Of a stretch of 64,000 nt of DNA, positions 1-9,256 are shown piece by piece (the stretch's first letter is position 1; each line of letters opens with the position of its first letter). Where the stretch lies: positions 46,244 through 110,243 of the forward strand of contig CALYAY010000002.1 in NCBI GenBank assembly GCA_944393695.1, read 5' to 3'. The notes under the pieces are model-generated. The model had not been told where the DNA came from, ran no database searches, and was given only the letters and a program-made list of their open reading frames with translations. The position numbers and the translations under genes are program-made. This DNA comes from an uncultured Alphaproteobacteria bacterium (lineage in GTDB: Bacteria > Pseudomonadota > Alphaproteobacteria > RF32 > CAG-239).

Positions 1-493
1 TAGGAGCATCCGGGGTTTTATTTTGAGCAGCCGGAACATATCCGTTGCCGGTATTAACCGTCAGTTCCATATTCAGCTTGGCACCGGCATCAAGATTGCA
101 GATAACCAGCTCCGGATTTTTAATTTCCACATCATGACCCGTCTCAATCATTGCAGCGGTAACCTCACACGGCCCTTCCGCTTTCAGAGTCATTGTTTTC
201 GGACCTTCTCCGTTTACCGCCACGGCCAGACATTTAATGTTCAGCACAATATCGGTAACATCCTCTCTCACGCCGGGGATGACTGAAAATTCATGCAACA
301 CACCGTTAATCTTAATCGCGGTAACCGCACCGCCCTGCAGCGAAGATAACAAAATTCTTCTCAATGCATTGCCCAGCGTTAAACCAAAGCCGCGTTCCAA
401 AGGTTCAACCACAATCTTGGCCTTCTTTCCGCCCTCGGAAGTAACGTCCAGATTTGTCGGTTTAATCAATTCTTGCCAATTTTTTTGAATCAC
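1..493 (-). CDS. rpoA: DNA-directed RNA polymerase alpha subunit, N-terminal portion (runs off the window; GTG start)
   Basis: Minus-strand translation from the GTG at 493 gives [69 protein letters not shown]... and stays open to position 1. AAGAGGA SD 7 nt upstream. Canonical position after rpsM-rpsK. Not in the ORF track because it is partial. Confidence 0.85.
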   Translation of the reverse strand, partial: MIQKNWQELIKPTNLDVTSEGGKKAKIVVEPLERGFGLTLGNALRRILLSSLQGGAVTAIKINGVLHEFSVIPGVREDVTDIVLNIKCLAVAVNGEGPKTMTLKAEGPCEVTAAMIETGHDVEIKNPELVICNLDAGAKLNMELTVNTGNGYVPAAQNKTPDAP

Positions 494-583
494 TGGTATG
501 TCCTCTTATTAGTGCATATGCAATTGTTAAAAACCGAAGAAGACGAGACTTTCAAAAGTCTCATCATCTTCAATAAACATAAA

Positions 584-973
584 TTAGACGCGACGTCTTT
601 TTCTCAAGCGACAGCCATTATGAGGAATAGGAGTAACATCACGGATTGTTGTAATGGTAAAACCTATTACCTGCAATGCTCTAATCGCAGATTCTCTACC
701 AGAACCAGGTCCTTTAACTTCAACTTCCAGAGTTTTCATACCATTCTCCTGAGCCTTTCTGCCGGCTTCCTCTGCGGCAATCTGGGCGGCATACGGAGTA
801 GACTTTCTCGACCCCTTAAAACCGTTAGCTCCTGCGGTTGACCAGGAAACCGTATTTCCCTGGGCATCGGTAATGGTTACTCTGGTATTGTTAAAAGTCG
901 AATTCACATGCGCAACACCGGCAGTGATATTCTTCTTTTCTTTTTTCTTTACACGTTGTACTGCTTTTGCCAT
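584..973 (-). CDS. rpsK: 30S ribosomal protein S11
   Basis: 129 aa with typical S11 sequence (..[27 protein letters not shown]..). Position between rpsM and rpoA. Confidence 0.95.
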   Translation of the reverse strand: MAKAVQRVKKKEKKNITAGVAHVNSTFNNTRVTITDAQGNTVSWSTAGANGFKGSRKSTPYAAQIAAEEAGRKAQENGMKTLEVEVKGPGSGRESAIRALQVIGFTITTIRDVTPIPHNGCRLRKRRRV

Positions 974-986
974 TTGGGATTACCTC

Positions 987-1355
987 TTATTTCTTCTTAT
1001 TTGCCACAGTCTTACGTTTACCTTTGCGGGTACGGGCATTTTGTTTTGTGCTTTGTCCGCGCACCGGCAAACCTTTGCGGTGTCTCAAACCTCTGTAGCA
1101 GCCGAGATCCATCAGTCTTTTGATATTAACACCGACCTCACGACGCAATTCGCCTTCGACCAGATAATCATGGTCAATAACTTCGCGAATTTTTGCAACA
1201 TCTTCATCAGACAACTGATGAACCCGCAGATCTGGGGAGATTCCCGATTTTGCGCAAATATCTTGAGCAGTTTTTCTTCCGATACCATAAATATAAGTCA
1301 GAGCGACTTCAATTCTTTTGGCAGTTGGAATATTTACACCAGCTATACGAGCCAA
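987..1355 (-). CDS. rpsM: 30S ribosomal protein S13
   Basis: 122 aa, [10 protein letters not shown]...[23 protein letters not shown], the S13 signature. Confidence 0.95.
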   Translation of the reverse strand: MARIAGVNIPTAKRIEVALTYIYGIGRKTAQDICAKSGISPDLRVHQLSDEDVAKIREVIDHDYLVEGELRREVGVNIKRLMDLGCYRGLRHRKGLPVRGQSTKQNARTRKGKRKTVANKKK

Positions 1356-1417
1356 ATTAACTCTCCATTTTATTTAATTATTACCACATTTAAAAAGTTG
1401 ATCACCACTTTTCAAAA

Positions 1418-1454
1418 TTAAGCCGGATTATAGGCTATAATTTAATTGTGTCAA
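1418..1454 (-). promoter_or_regulatory. Candidate sigma70 promoter for rpsM-rpsK-rpoA
   Basis: Minus strand reads TTGACA - 16 nt - TATAAT about 60 nt upstream of the rpsM start. Confidence 0.45.
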
Positions 1455-1611
1455 CCTCCATTCGCAAAATTTTCTGAAAAAGTTCAATTTTTTCCAGAAA
1501 AATCTCATTTTAATAATATACAAAGTCAGTCTAAAGAGCTTTTTTTCATAAAAATCAATCGTTATTTCACTGCCTTCTGGCGATTCGCCGATTCTTTTTT
1601 TTCAACAAAAC

Positions 1612-2283
1612 TCAGGCGATTCCCAATACACTGTCGATTTTCTTGCTGACCGCCTCAATTGTGCCCGTCCCGTCCACACAACGCAACAATCCCTTCTTTT
1701 CAAAATAAGGAATTGTCGGATAGGTCAGAGCCCGGTAATTAACCAGACGATTCTGCACCGTTGTCCGGTTATCATCCACCCGGCGGTAAAAATCCGTTCC
1801 GCCACAAACATCGCAAACCCCGTAAATCTTTGGTTTTTGAAACTTGTCATGATAACCGGCACCGCACTTCATGCAGGCATAACGCCCCAAGATACGTTCC
1901 ATAATAATCTCATCGGGAACCTGTATCTCAATCACCGCATCAAGACTGATCCCTCTCTCGGCCAGCATCTTGTCCAGAGCCTCGGCCTGAGGCAGCGTCC
2001 GGGGAAAACCGTCCAGAATAAAACCGTTCTGGCAGTCTTCCTCATCGATTCTCTTGGCCACCATGTCAATAATCATCTCATCGGTAGCAAACTCACCCCG
2101 GTCAAGCAGGGCTTTCATTTCCAGCCCCAACGGCGTTGCCTTGGCAGCTTCCGCCCGCAGCATTTCTCCGGTTGAAAGATGCGGAATAGATAATTTCTCT
2201 TCCAGGATTCGCGCCTGAGTTCCCTTGCCGCAGCCGGGAACCCCGGTAAAGATAATATGCCGTCCTCTGCCGTTCTTATCCAT
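1612..2283 (-). CDS. adk: adenylate kinase with zinc-binding lid
   Basis: 223 aa. P-loop GxPGxGKGT, lid with CMKCGAGYH...CDVCGG (CxxC..CxxC). The secY-adk-rpsM order is typical of alphaproteobacteria. Confidence 0.9.
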   Translation of the reverse strand: MDKNGRGRHIIFTGVPGCGKGTQARILEEKLSIPHLSTGEMLRAEAAKATPLGLEMKALLDRGEFATDEMIIDMVAKRIDEEDCQNGFILDGFPRTLPQAEALDKMLAERGISLDAVIEIQVPDEIIMERILGRYACMKCGAGYHDKFQKPKIYGVCDVCGGTDFYRRVDDNRTTVQNRLVNYRALTYPTIPYFEKKGLLRCVDGTGTIEAVSKKIDSVLGIA

Positions 2284-3635
2284 TAGCGTTTTTTCCCTTT
2301 GTTGGCCAGAGCTGCTTTTTTAATCAGCCCTTCATATTGATAAGCAATCAGATGCGACTGCAGTTGTCCGACAAAATCCATCGTCACCTGCACCACGATG
2401 AGCAGCGTCGTTCCGCCCAAGACAAACGGCACCGACAGCTTGGAAATCAGGATTTCCGGCAAAATGCACAAAGCCACCAGATAAACGGCCCCCACCACCG
2501 TCAGACGGGTAATGACATAATCCAGATATTCCGCCGTATTTTTTCCGGGACGGATACCGGCAATAAAACCGCCGTGTTTTTTCAGATTATCCGCCGTTTC
2601 TTCAGGATTAAACACCACCGCCGTATAAAAGAATGCAAAAAACGCGATTAAAAAGGCATACAGTGCCAGATACAACGGCTGCCCGTGTCCCAGCAGCTGG
2701 CTCAGAGTCTGCACCCATTCCGGCCCGTTTTCTGCCGACAAATTGGCAATCGTAATCGGCAACAGCAGCAGCGAGCTGGCAAAAATCGGCGGAATAACCC
2801 CCGTCGGATTAATTTTCAACGGCAAATGCGAACTTTCCGCCGCCGTCATCCTCATCCCCATCTGGCGTTTCGGATATTGAATAATAACTTTGCGCTGAGC
2901 TCTTTCAACAAAAACAATAACATAAATCAGCACCAGCACCATAACCATCAGCAGGGCAATCAACCCCAGCGACATTGAGCCGACGCGTCCCAGTTCAAAA
3001 GTCTGAGCCAGCGCCGTCGGAATATTGGCGATAATACCCACGGTAATGATTAAAGACGAACCGTTGCCCACGCCGCGCGAAGTAATCTGCTCACCCAGCC
3101 AGACGATAAACATCGTTCCGCCCACCAGCGAAACAATTGTCGTAAACTTAAACACAAATCCCGGATTCACTACTGCCGAGATTCCCGCGCTCCCGGTCAT
3201 GCTCTCCAGACCGACGGCAATACCGTAACCTTGCACAATTGTAATCAACACCGTCAGATAGCGCGTCATCTGGGTAATCTTGCGATGCCCGGCCTCACCT
3301 TCTTTTTTCAAAGCAGCCAACGACGGAACTACAGATTGTCCCAGCTGAATAATAATGGATGCCGAAATATAAGGCATAATGTTCAGAGCAAAAATGGTCA
3401 TACGTTCCAAAGCGCCGCCGGCGAACATATTAAACATTCCGAGGATTCCGCCGGAATTTCTTGCAAAAATGTCCGACAAAACATGCGGATCGATTCCCGG
3501 CAGCGGAACAAACGTCCCCAGACGGAAAACAATCAAAGCAAAAACCGTAAACCACAATCTCTTTTTCAGTTCTTCAGCTTTGCTGAAAGCCCCGAAATCC
3601 ATATTCGATGCCATTTTTTCGGCTAAAGATACCAT
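2283..3635 (-). CDS. secY: preprotein translocase subunit SecY
   Basis: Multi-TM protein with conserved SecY blocks. The ORF is open to 3668, but an AAGGA SD precedes Met-12 (MVSLAEKMASNMDFGAFSKAEELKKRLWF...), so the start is placed at 3635. Stop overlaps the adk start. Confidence 0.9.
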   Translation of the reverse strand: MVSLAEKMASNMDFGAFSKAEELKKRLWFTVFALIVFRLGTFVPLPGIDPHVLSDIFARNSGGILGMFNMFAGGALERMTIFALNIMPYISASIIIQLGQSVVPSLAALKKEGEAGHRKITQMTRYLTVLITIVQGYGIAVGLESMTGSAGISAVVNPGFVFKFTTIVSLVGGTMFIVWLGEQITSRGVGNGSSLIITVGIIANIPTALAQTFELGRVGSMSLGLIALLMVMVLVLIYVIVFVERAQRKVIIQYPKRQMGMRMTAAESSHLPLKINPTGVIPPIFASSLLLLPITIANLSAENGPEWVQTLSQLLGHGQPLYLALYAFLIAFFAFFYTAVVFNPEETADNLKKHGGFIAGIRPGKNTAEYLDYVITRLTVVGAVYLVALCILPEILISKLSVPFVLGGTTLLIVVQVTMDFVGQLQSHLIAYQYEGLIKKAALANKGKKR

Positions 3636-3821
3636 TTCTATATCCTTATTATTCAATTTAAAAAACATAATCCGGGCACAAAAACCCTTTAAGCTAAGAT
3701 ATTAATACACTAAAAATTTTTTAATTCAACCCTTTTAATAAGGCTTTGGCATAATTTCTTAATAAAAAACGGCGAAAGAGATTTCCCTTCCGCCTGACTG
3801 ACTTTTTCCAGCCGTCTAATT

Positions 3822-5813
3822 CTAAAACTCGATCACCGGCCGGACGTCATACTCTTTATCTTTCTGCGGATAATTGGTTAATCCGTATGTTCCGCCGAAA
3901 AACGACCTCCAGGCCCCCAGATCGGCCGTATATTCCGTTGACGTCCACAAGAAAGAATTACTCCCCAACTGCACACCACCGGCTCGTAAGAAACCGGCAT
4001 TAACAGCAGACATATTATTATTAATGCTGTACATAATTCCCGCCGCCGGCAGGCACCAGGCGCTCATTCCTCCGGCACTGTAACCGTCAGCCGCCCAGGC
4101 CGCCGGATAATGAAGATGATTTCCGGCATCAAGTATCTTATCCGTATTGCCGCAACTGTCAAAATCCCCGCTGGCCGCCGAAGCTGACCCGTATCCTGGT
4201 AAATCGCCGATATCTCCGTAATCACCCCACTGATATGCCCCAATAGACTTCAAAGCCATTGCCCAGCATATCTCTTTATCTCGACTCTTATATCTGTACA
4301 CCACAACGCCAACCGGAGTTTTTCCGGAAACTTTTTCTGTACCGCAACTTCCGTCGCTGAAAAAAATATCTCCGATTTGACAATTCGCCGTACACCCTTT
4401 GTCTTCCTGCACAACCACCTTTTCGCAAATTCCGTTTTTCCAGACATATCCCGAGGCGCAACGGCATGACTGATATTTTCCGTCGCAGGATGAGCCGGAA
4501 CCGCCGGTTTCGTTGGCACCGCTGCAAGTATATTTATATGAGGAATCGCAGGTGCAGGTTTGAGAACTTGCATTCCAGACATAGCCCGACTGACAGCCGT
4601 TTTTGCAGTATTTGTTGGAACATTCCTCTTTCTTACAGGTGTAAGGGGATGGACATGAATCCATGGAACATTCATTGGGACAAGGTTTGCAGTTGTCATA
4701 TTTAATTTCAGTTCCCGATTGACAGGTGTTTGCGCCGGCTTCGGGCCCCATGCTGCCGCAATCCATATATCCCTCACAGGGATTAGGTTTGATTTTGTAC
4801 TTGGTCTTGCCGTCGCAGTCCAGACAAGCCTCGCCGTCTTGTACATAGCCTTCGGGAATGGTCGTATAATCATATCCCGCACCGCAGGGTGTACATTCAC
4901 AGGAAGCATATTTTCCGTCGCAGGCCTCTCCCACTCCATGATAAGGAGGCTCGCAAGTGACGTAATCACTGGGGCAAAGGGCCCGACAATATTCGAAATA
5001 ACGATTATCATACGGGCAGAAATTAACCGCCTCATATCCTTCTGGACAGGAGGTTTTCGTGTATCCTTCTTCTTCGCAGCGTTTCTCGTCATCAAGTTCA
5101 TAATCATCACCGCCGCCGGGAGGCACCCCGCCATTATCCTCATCGGCATTATTCCCAACAAACTCATTCCCGGAACAGTTGGTTATATCCGTCACAAAAC
5201 ACGCCGCCGCAAGTTGGATAAGATTGTTGTTGTCTCCCTCACCCTGCCCCTCTCCCCTCAAGGAAGAGGTATTTCTTTCAATGTCATACTCCAACTTGAT
5301 TGGAGTATCCAGGTCAGATAAAGCAGCTGATTTATTCCACCTGGATCCTCGGGTTAAACCCGAGGATGACTGTTTTGTTTTTTCTTCCCTCCCTAAAGAT
5401 TTAGGGCTGGAGGCAGAAAATATCTCCGACGGAGATATTTTCAACGACAGGCGAGAGTTTGTTAACTCATAAGCTAGCGGCAGCGAAGCGAAATGAGCGT
5501 TACAAACCGAATGACCGCAGCGACTTAGTGTTGCCCTTCCGGCAACACTTACGGAGCCAGAGGTAAGGGAGGGTTTGAAACCCTCTCTGTCTCTCCCTGA
5601 GTTTTCAGGGAGAGTAAGTTCGGCAAAATCTTCAAGTGAAGACAAATGTCCGGCCGTGAGGTGTGAAGTGTGTGTAGAAACATGTGATTTAAGCAAAGCC
5701 GGACTTAATGACAAAGGCGTATCATCAGGATTAAAACCAGCGTAACACAAATCAGCTCCGGCAATGAAGGGCATGCACGAAACCGACAACATGAGAACAG
5801 TCTTATTCATCAT
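3822..5813 (-). CDS. Secreted Cys-rich protein with a DUF1566/Lcl-C-like C-terminal domain; its N-terminal linker is built from palindromic repeats
   Basis: The ORF is open to 5849, but its paralog at 61996 starts at the homologous MMN... and shares the upstream motif ATAAGATTCGTGAAGACAA, so the start is placed at 5813. Signal peptide, many Cys (CP.GY..C, CEPPY.GVGEAC.GKYASCE), C-terminal block WCLPAAG...WTST...VRPVIEF resembling DUF1566 (family name from memory). Inserted between secY and rplO. Confidence 0.7.
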   Translation of the reverse strand: MMNKTVLMLSVSCMPFIAGADLCYAGFNPDDTPLSLSPALLKSHVSTHTSHLTAGHLSSLEDFAELTLPENSGRDREGFKPSLTSGSVSVAGRATLSRCGHSVCNAHFASLPLAYELTNSRLSLKISPSEIFSASSPKSLGREEKTKQSSSGLTRGSRWNKSAALSDLDTPIKLEYDIERNTSSLRGEGQGEGDNNNLIQLAAACFVTDITNCSGNEFVGNNADEDNGGVPPGGGDDYELDDEKRCEEEGYTKTSCPEGYEAVNFCPYDNRYFEYCRALCPSDYVTCEPPYHGVGEACDGKYASCECTPCGAGYDYTTIPEGYVQDGEACLDCDGKTKYKIKPNPCEGYMDCGSMGPEAGANTCQSGTEIKYDNCKPCPNECSMDSCPSPYTCKKEECSNKYCKNGCQSGYVWNASSQTCTCDSSYKYTCSGANETGGSGSSCDGKYQSCRCASGYVWKNGICEKVVVQEDKGCTANCQIGDIFFSDGSCGTEKVSGKTPVGVVVYRYKSRDKEICWAMALKSIGAYQWGDYGDIGDLPGYGSASAASGDFDSCGNTDKILDAGNHLHYPAAWAADGYSAGGMSAWCLPAAGIMYSINNNMSAVNAGFLRAGGVQLGSNSFLWTSTEYTADLGAWRSFFGGTYGLTNYPQKDKEYDVRPVIEF
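5282..5640. repeat. Mosaic of short palindromic repeat units lying inside the 5' coding region of the 3822-5813 gene
   Basis: 5282-5371 is near-identical to 63121-63209, and 5387-5530 to 61491-61632. Hairpin units include GGATCCTCGGGTTAAACCCGAGGATG, CATACTCCAACTTGATTGGAGTATG, CCCTCCCTAAAGATTTAGGGCTGGAGG, GTTGCCGGAAGGGCAAC, GGGTTTCAAACCC, CTCCCTGAGTTTTCAGGGAG. Confidence 0.8.
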
Positions 5814-5839
5814 AATAGCACCTCTGTTATTAATTACAT

Positions 5840-5858
5840 TTGTCTTCACGAATCTTAT
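5840..5858 (-). promoter_or_regulatory. Conserved upstream motif ATAAGATTCGTGAAGACAA shared by the two Cys-rich family genes (copy 1)
   Basis: Identical 19-mer about 25 nt upstream of the MMN start here and at 61956-61974. Confidence 0.45.
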
Positions 5859-5962
5859 AATAACAGAAAATTTGAGCGTTGTAAATCACTATTTTAATCT
5901 AAAGACCATAATTTAAACTAAAAATGAGGTTCCTTTTCGAAACCTCATTTTTTCTAAACATC

Positions 5963-6157
5963 CTAGTCCTCCAAATAGCGGAAATGCAATTTACCAATTC
6001 CCAGGCAAATCAAAGCAATCCATGCAAAAAGACCACCCATAAAAAATGCCCATTTAGCCACATCAAATTGACCTTGACATCCTGCCATCCAAAAGACCAA
6101 AACAGCAATTTCTGCAATAGTAACTCCTACCCAGAAAAAATTCTCACATTTTCTCAT
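5963..6157 (-). CDS. Small hypothetical membrane protein (2 predicted TM helices)
   Basis: 64-aa ORF with two hydrophobic stretches. No clear SD. Lies inside the secY|rplO insertion. Confidence 0.25.
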   Translation of the reverse strand: MRKCENFFWVGVTIAEIAVLVFWMAGCQGQFDVAKWAFFMGGLFAWIALICLGIGKLHFRYLED

Positions 6158-6244
6158 AATAAAAAAATTAATACATTAACAAAAATAATTGTACCATATT
6201 TGTCCACTGAACACAAGAACTTTTCTCCCCACTTTTTTAATTAC

Positions 6245-6269
6245 AAAAAAGCGGAGCTTCCGCCCCGCT
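6245..6269 (-). terminator. Rho-independent terminator just after rplO
   Basis: Minus strand AGCGGGGCGGAAGCTCCGC followed by TTTTTT. Confidence 0.5.
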
Positions 6270-6290
6270 CTGACAATCCTTTAAGGCTGA

Positions 6291-6752
6291 TTACGCAATA
6301 GTAACCTTGCCGCCGGCTTTTTCAACCGCGGCAATCGCTGCCTTGGAAGCCGAATTAACGGTAATGTTAATACTTGCCGTCACCGCACCGCGGGCCAGCA
6401 AACGAACACCATCCAGCTTCTTGCTGATAAGGTTCGATTTCAACAAATTTTCAACCGTAATCTCATTCGCAGACAACTTGCCGGCATCAATAGCCTTCTG
6501 AATGGTATCCAGATTAACAACGGCAAAAGTCTTGGCGAAATGATTTTTGAAACCGCGTTTCGGCAGTCTGCGGTACAAAGGCATCTGCCCGCCTTCAAAG
6601 GCGTTAATGGCAACACCGGAACGAGCTTTCTGGCCTTTCTGTCCCTTACCGGCAGTTTTTCCTGAACCGCTGCCGATACCGCGGGCCACACGCTTACGGC
6701 TCTTTCTGGCGCCTTCATTATCTCTGATTTCATTAAGTTTCATTGTGTTCAC
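6291..6752 (-). CDS. rplO: 50S ribosomal protein L15
   Basis: 153 aa, Gly/Lys-rich N-terminus ([20 protein letters not shown]) typical of L15. Confidence 0.95.
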   Translation of the reverse strand: MNTMKLNEIRDNEGARKSRKRVARGIGSGSGKTAGKGQKGQKARSGVAINAFEGGQMPLYRRLPKRGFKNHFAKTFAVVNLDTIQKAIDAGKLSANEITVENLLKSNLISKKLDGVRLLARGAVTASINITVNSASKAAIAAVEKAGGKVTIA

Positions 6753-6841
6753 CTAATTTTCTTATTATTAAACTCAGCATAAAATTTCAAAACCCGGTTC
6801 GGAGGATGTCTCTGCCTGAACAGAACATCCTCCTTTTCCGA

Positions 6842-7024
6842 TTATTCCGAAACCTTAACCAGATGACTGACTTTTTTAATCATCCCGCGGATAGCCGGAG
6901 TATCTTCAAGCTCTCTGGTCTTGCCCACTTTATTCAGCCCCAGACCGATAAGCGTAGCTTTCTGGCTGTCCGGACGACCGATAGTGCTTCCCGTCTGAGT
7001 AACTTTTATTGTTTTCTTAGCCAT
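6842..7024 (-). CDS. rpmD: 50S ribosomal protein L30
   Basis: 60 aa, [30 protein letters not shown]. Confidence 0.9.
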   Translation of the reverse strand: MAKKTIKVTQTGSTIGRPDSQKATLIGLGLNKVGKTRELEDTPAIRGMIKKVSHLVKVSE

Positions 7025-7027
7025 CGG

Positions 7028-7591
7028 TTAAGCCTCCTCTTTTTCCATCTTGATGTTTGAAGAGTTTTCACGGCGGCTCACAATATCGCCAACTTTCTTA
7101 CCGCGCTTGGCAGCAACCATTCTTGGCGAATTGATCGACAGCAGGGCGTCAAAGGTCGCTTTAATCATGTTATAGGGATTATTTGATCCCAATGATTTCG
7201 CAACCACGTCCTGAACACCGAGAACTTCAAAAATTGCACGCATCGGGCCGCCGGCAATAACACCGGTACCGGCAGGAGCAGTTCTGAGAATAACTTTTCC
7301 CGCACCGAAACTGCCTTTCACATCATGGTGCAGAGTTCTTCCCTCACGCAGAGGAATGCGAACCATGTTTTTCTTGGCCTCATTGGTAGCCTTGGTAATA
7401 GCATCGGGAACTTCGGTTGCTTTTCCGGAACCATAGCCGACCCGGCCTTTCTGGTCACCGACCACAACAACCGCAGCAAACGACATATTACGTCCGCCTT
7501 TAACGGTCTTGGCCACACGGTTAATATGAACCAGTCTCTCGACCAATTCTTCTTTCTTTTCTGTTTTACGACGATCTACAGCTTGTGCCAT
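7028..7591 (-). CDS. rpsE: 30S ribosomal protein S5
   Basis: 187 aa, [29 protein letters not shown]. Confidence 0.95.
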   Translation of the reverse strand: MAQAVDRRKTEKKEELVERLVHINRVAKTVKGGRNMSFAAVVVVGDQKGRVGYGSGKATEVPDAITKATNEAKKNMVRIPLREGRTLHHDVKGSFGAGKVILRTAPAGTGVIAGGPMRAIFEVLGVQDVVAKSLGSNNPYNMIKATFDALLSINSPRMVAAKRGKKVGDIVSRRENSSNIKMEKEEA

Positions 7592-7601
7592 CTTACATCT
7601 C

Positions 7602-7964
7602 CTAGAATTTCAAACCGGCAGTACGAGCTGCATCGGCCAAAGCCTTGACACGGCCGTGATAAAGATATCCGCTCCGGTCAAAAACCACTTCGCTAACACC
7701 GTTCTTAACAGCCCGTTCGGCAATAACTTTACCGACAAAACCGGCCGCTTCAACCGTAGACGATTTTTTAATGCTGTCGCGGACTTCTTTATCCAAAGTC
7801 GAGGCAGAAACCAAAGTGGCACTTTTCAAATCGTCAATAATTTGCGCATAGATATGCTTACCACTGCGAAAAACAGACAGCCGGGGCTTTCCGTTCGAAG
7901 CGTTTTTCAAAGCTGTTCTGATGCGCGCTCTTCTCTTTTCAAATAACTTTTTTGGCGTATTCAT
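7602..7964 (-). CDS. rplR: 50S ribosomal protein L18
   Basis: 120 aa, [18 protein letters not shown], typical L18. Confidence 0.95.
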   Translation of the reverse strand: MNTPKKLFEKRRARIRTALKNASNGKPRLSVFRSGKHIYAQIIDDLKSATLVSASTLDKEVRDSIKKSSTVEAAGFVGKVIAERAVKNGVSEVVFDRSGYLYHGRVKALADAARTAGLKF

Positions 7965-7974
7965 TTACTTATCC

Positions 7975-8511
7975 TTATTTCTTCTTGCCTTCTTTACGAC
8001 GGATATTCTCGCCTTCAAATTTAATACCTTTTCCTTTATAAGGTTCCGGCATTCTGTATTTGCGAATATTCTGGGCGACCTGTCCGACCAGCTGCTTGTC
8101 AGCACCGGCAATAGTAAGCTGCGTCGGGCTGGAGCAGGTAATCGTAATGCCCTGAGGAATAGCAAAGTTAACATCATGAGAAAAGCCCAGAGACAAAATC
8201 AACTCTTTTCCGGCAACGCGGGCTTTATAACCAACGCCGACCAGCTCCAGATTTTTCTTAAAGCCCTCATGAACACCTTTAACCAGGGTATTGATTTCGG
8301 CTCTGGTTGTTCCCCACAAAGCCCGCGCGGTCTTGGACTGCGACAGGGGAGAAACGACAACTTTGCCGTCTTCCAGCTTAACGCTGACATGAGAAGTGTC
8401 AAATTTAACACTGAGTTCACCCAGTTTACCTTTAGCCTTAACAATATCGTTCTCAACAGCCACGGTAACATCGTTCGGGACAACAACAGGATATTTACCA
8501 ATTCTAGACAT
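7975..8511 (-). CDS. rplF: 50S ribosomal protein L6
   Basis: 178 aa, MSRIGKYPVVVPNDVTV... Confidence 0.95.
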   Translation of the reverse strand: MSRIGKYPVVVPNDVTVAVENDIVKAKGKLGELSVKFDTSHVSVKLEDGKVVVSPLSQSKTARALWGTTRAEINTLVKGVHEGFKKNLELVGVGYKARVAGKELILSLGFSHDVNFAIPQGITITCSSPTQLTIAGADKQLVGQVAQNIRKYRMPEPYKGKGIKFEGENIRRKEGKKK

Positions 8512-8523
8512 CCATTTTCTCCC

Positions 8524-8922
8524 TTAAAATACCTGACAAAGAACTTCACCGCCGACATTAGCTTTACGGGCTTCATTATCACTCATCACACCCTGCGGCG
8601 TGGAAATAATAGAAATACCCAAGCCGTTATACACTCTCGGCAGATCTTTAACAGAAGAATACACTCTTCTGCCCGGAGTGGAAACGCGGTAAATTTCAGT
8701 AATTACGGAAGTACCTTCATGGTACTTCAATTTAATATGAAGTTCATCGATTCCGGGCTTGACATTAACACGTTCATATCCGGCAATGTACCCTTCTCTC
8801 TTCAAAACTTCCAAAACATTTTCACGCAGGCGAGAAGCCGGAGATACGACCTCATTCTTCTTCGCTCTTTGTGCGTTTCTAATGCGTGTGAGCATATCGC
8901 CCAAAGTATCAGACATAGACAT
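8524..8922 (-). CDS. rpsH: 30S ribosomal protein S8
   Basis: 132 aa, [14 protein letters not shown]. Confidence 0.95.
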   Translation of the reverse strand: MSMSDTLGDMLTRIRNAQRAKKNEVVSPASRLRENVLEVLKREGYIAGYERVNVKPGIDELHIKLKYHEGTSVITEIYRVSTPGRRVYSSVKDLPRVYNGLGISIISTPQGVMSDNEARKANVGGEVLCQVF

Positions 8923-8936
8923 AGTCTTATCCCTCC

Positions 8937-9242
8937 TTACCAGCTTGACTTAACCAAACCGGGAATTTCACCAAAGTTGGCCATGTCTCTCAGGACATTG
9001 CGGCACAACCCGAACTTCCGGTAAACACCACGTGAACGTCCGGTAATCTTGCAACGGTTCTTAATTCTGACCCGAGAAGAATTACGCGGCAATTCATTCA
9101 GCTTCTGACTGGCCTGAAATCTCTCTTCCGGAGACGCATTCTTGTCATCAGCAATTTTCTTTAACTTAAGACGGCGGTTAGCATATTTCTCAGCCATCTT
9201 AATTCTTTTCAAGTTTCTGTAAACTGAACTTGTTTTTGCCAT
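8937..9242 (-). CDS. rpsN: 30S ribosomal protein S14
   Basis: 101 aa, [13 protein letters not shown]...CRNVLRDMA. Confidence 0.95.
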   Translation of the reverse strand: MAKTSSVYRNLKRIKMAEKYANRRLKLKKIADDKNASPEERFQASQKLNELPRNSSRVRIKNRCKITGRSRGVYRKFGLCRNVLRDMANFGEIPGLVKSSW

Positions 9243-9256
9243 TCTACAATCTCCGT

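Noticed and set aside
23-841. Three plus-strand ORFs (23-286, 237-488, 473-841) at the left edge
   Set aside because: They are antisense to rpoA and rpsK. The real gene here is the partial minus-strand rpoA.
5814-5849. N-terminal 12 codons (MKTNVINNRGAI) of the 675-aa ORF in the ORF track
   Set aside because: The paralog at 61996 starts at the homologous MMN. The shared upstream motif and an RBS-like AGAGGTG sit just upstream of the second ATG, so the extension is probably not translated.
7921-9024. 367-aa plus-strand ORF antisense to rplR/rplF/rpsH; likewise 19522-20418, 21835-23139, 42014-42946, 43993-45012, 51629-52390, 25526-25999, 57651-58262, 4250-5167 and 4719-5321
   Set aside because: These lie entirely antisense to well-supported conserved genes and have low-complexity, Arg/Asn-rich or otherwise uninformative translations. 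They are shadow ORFs.
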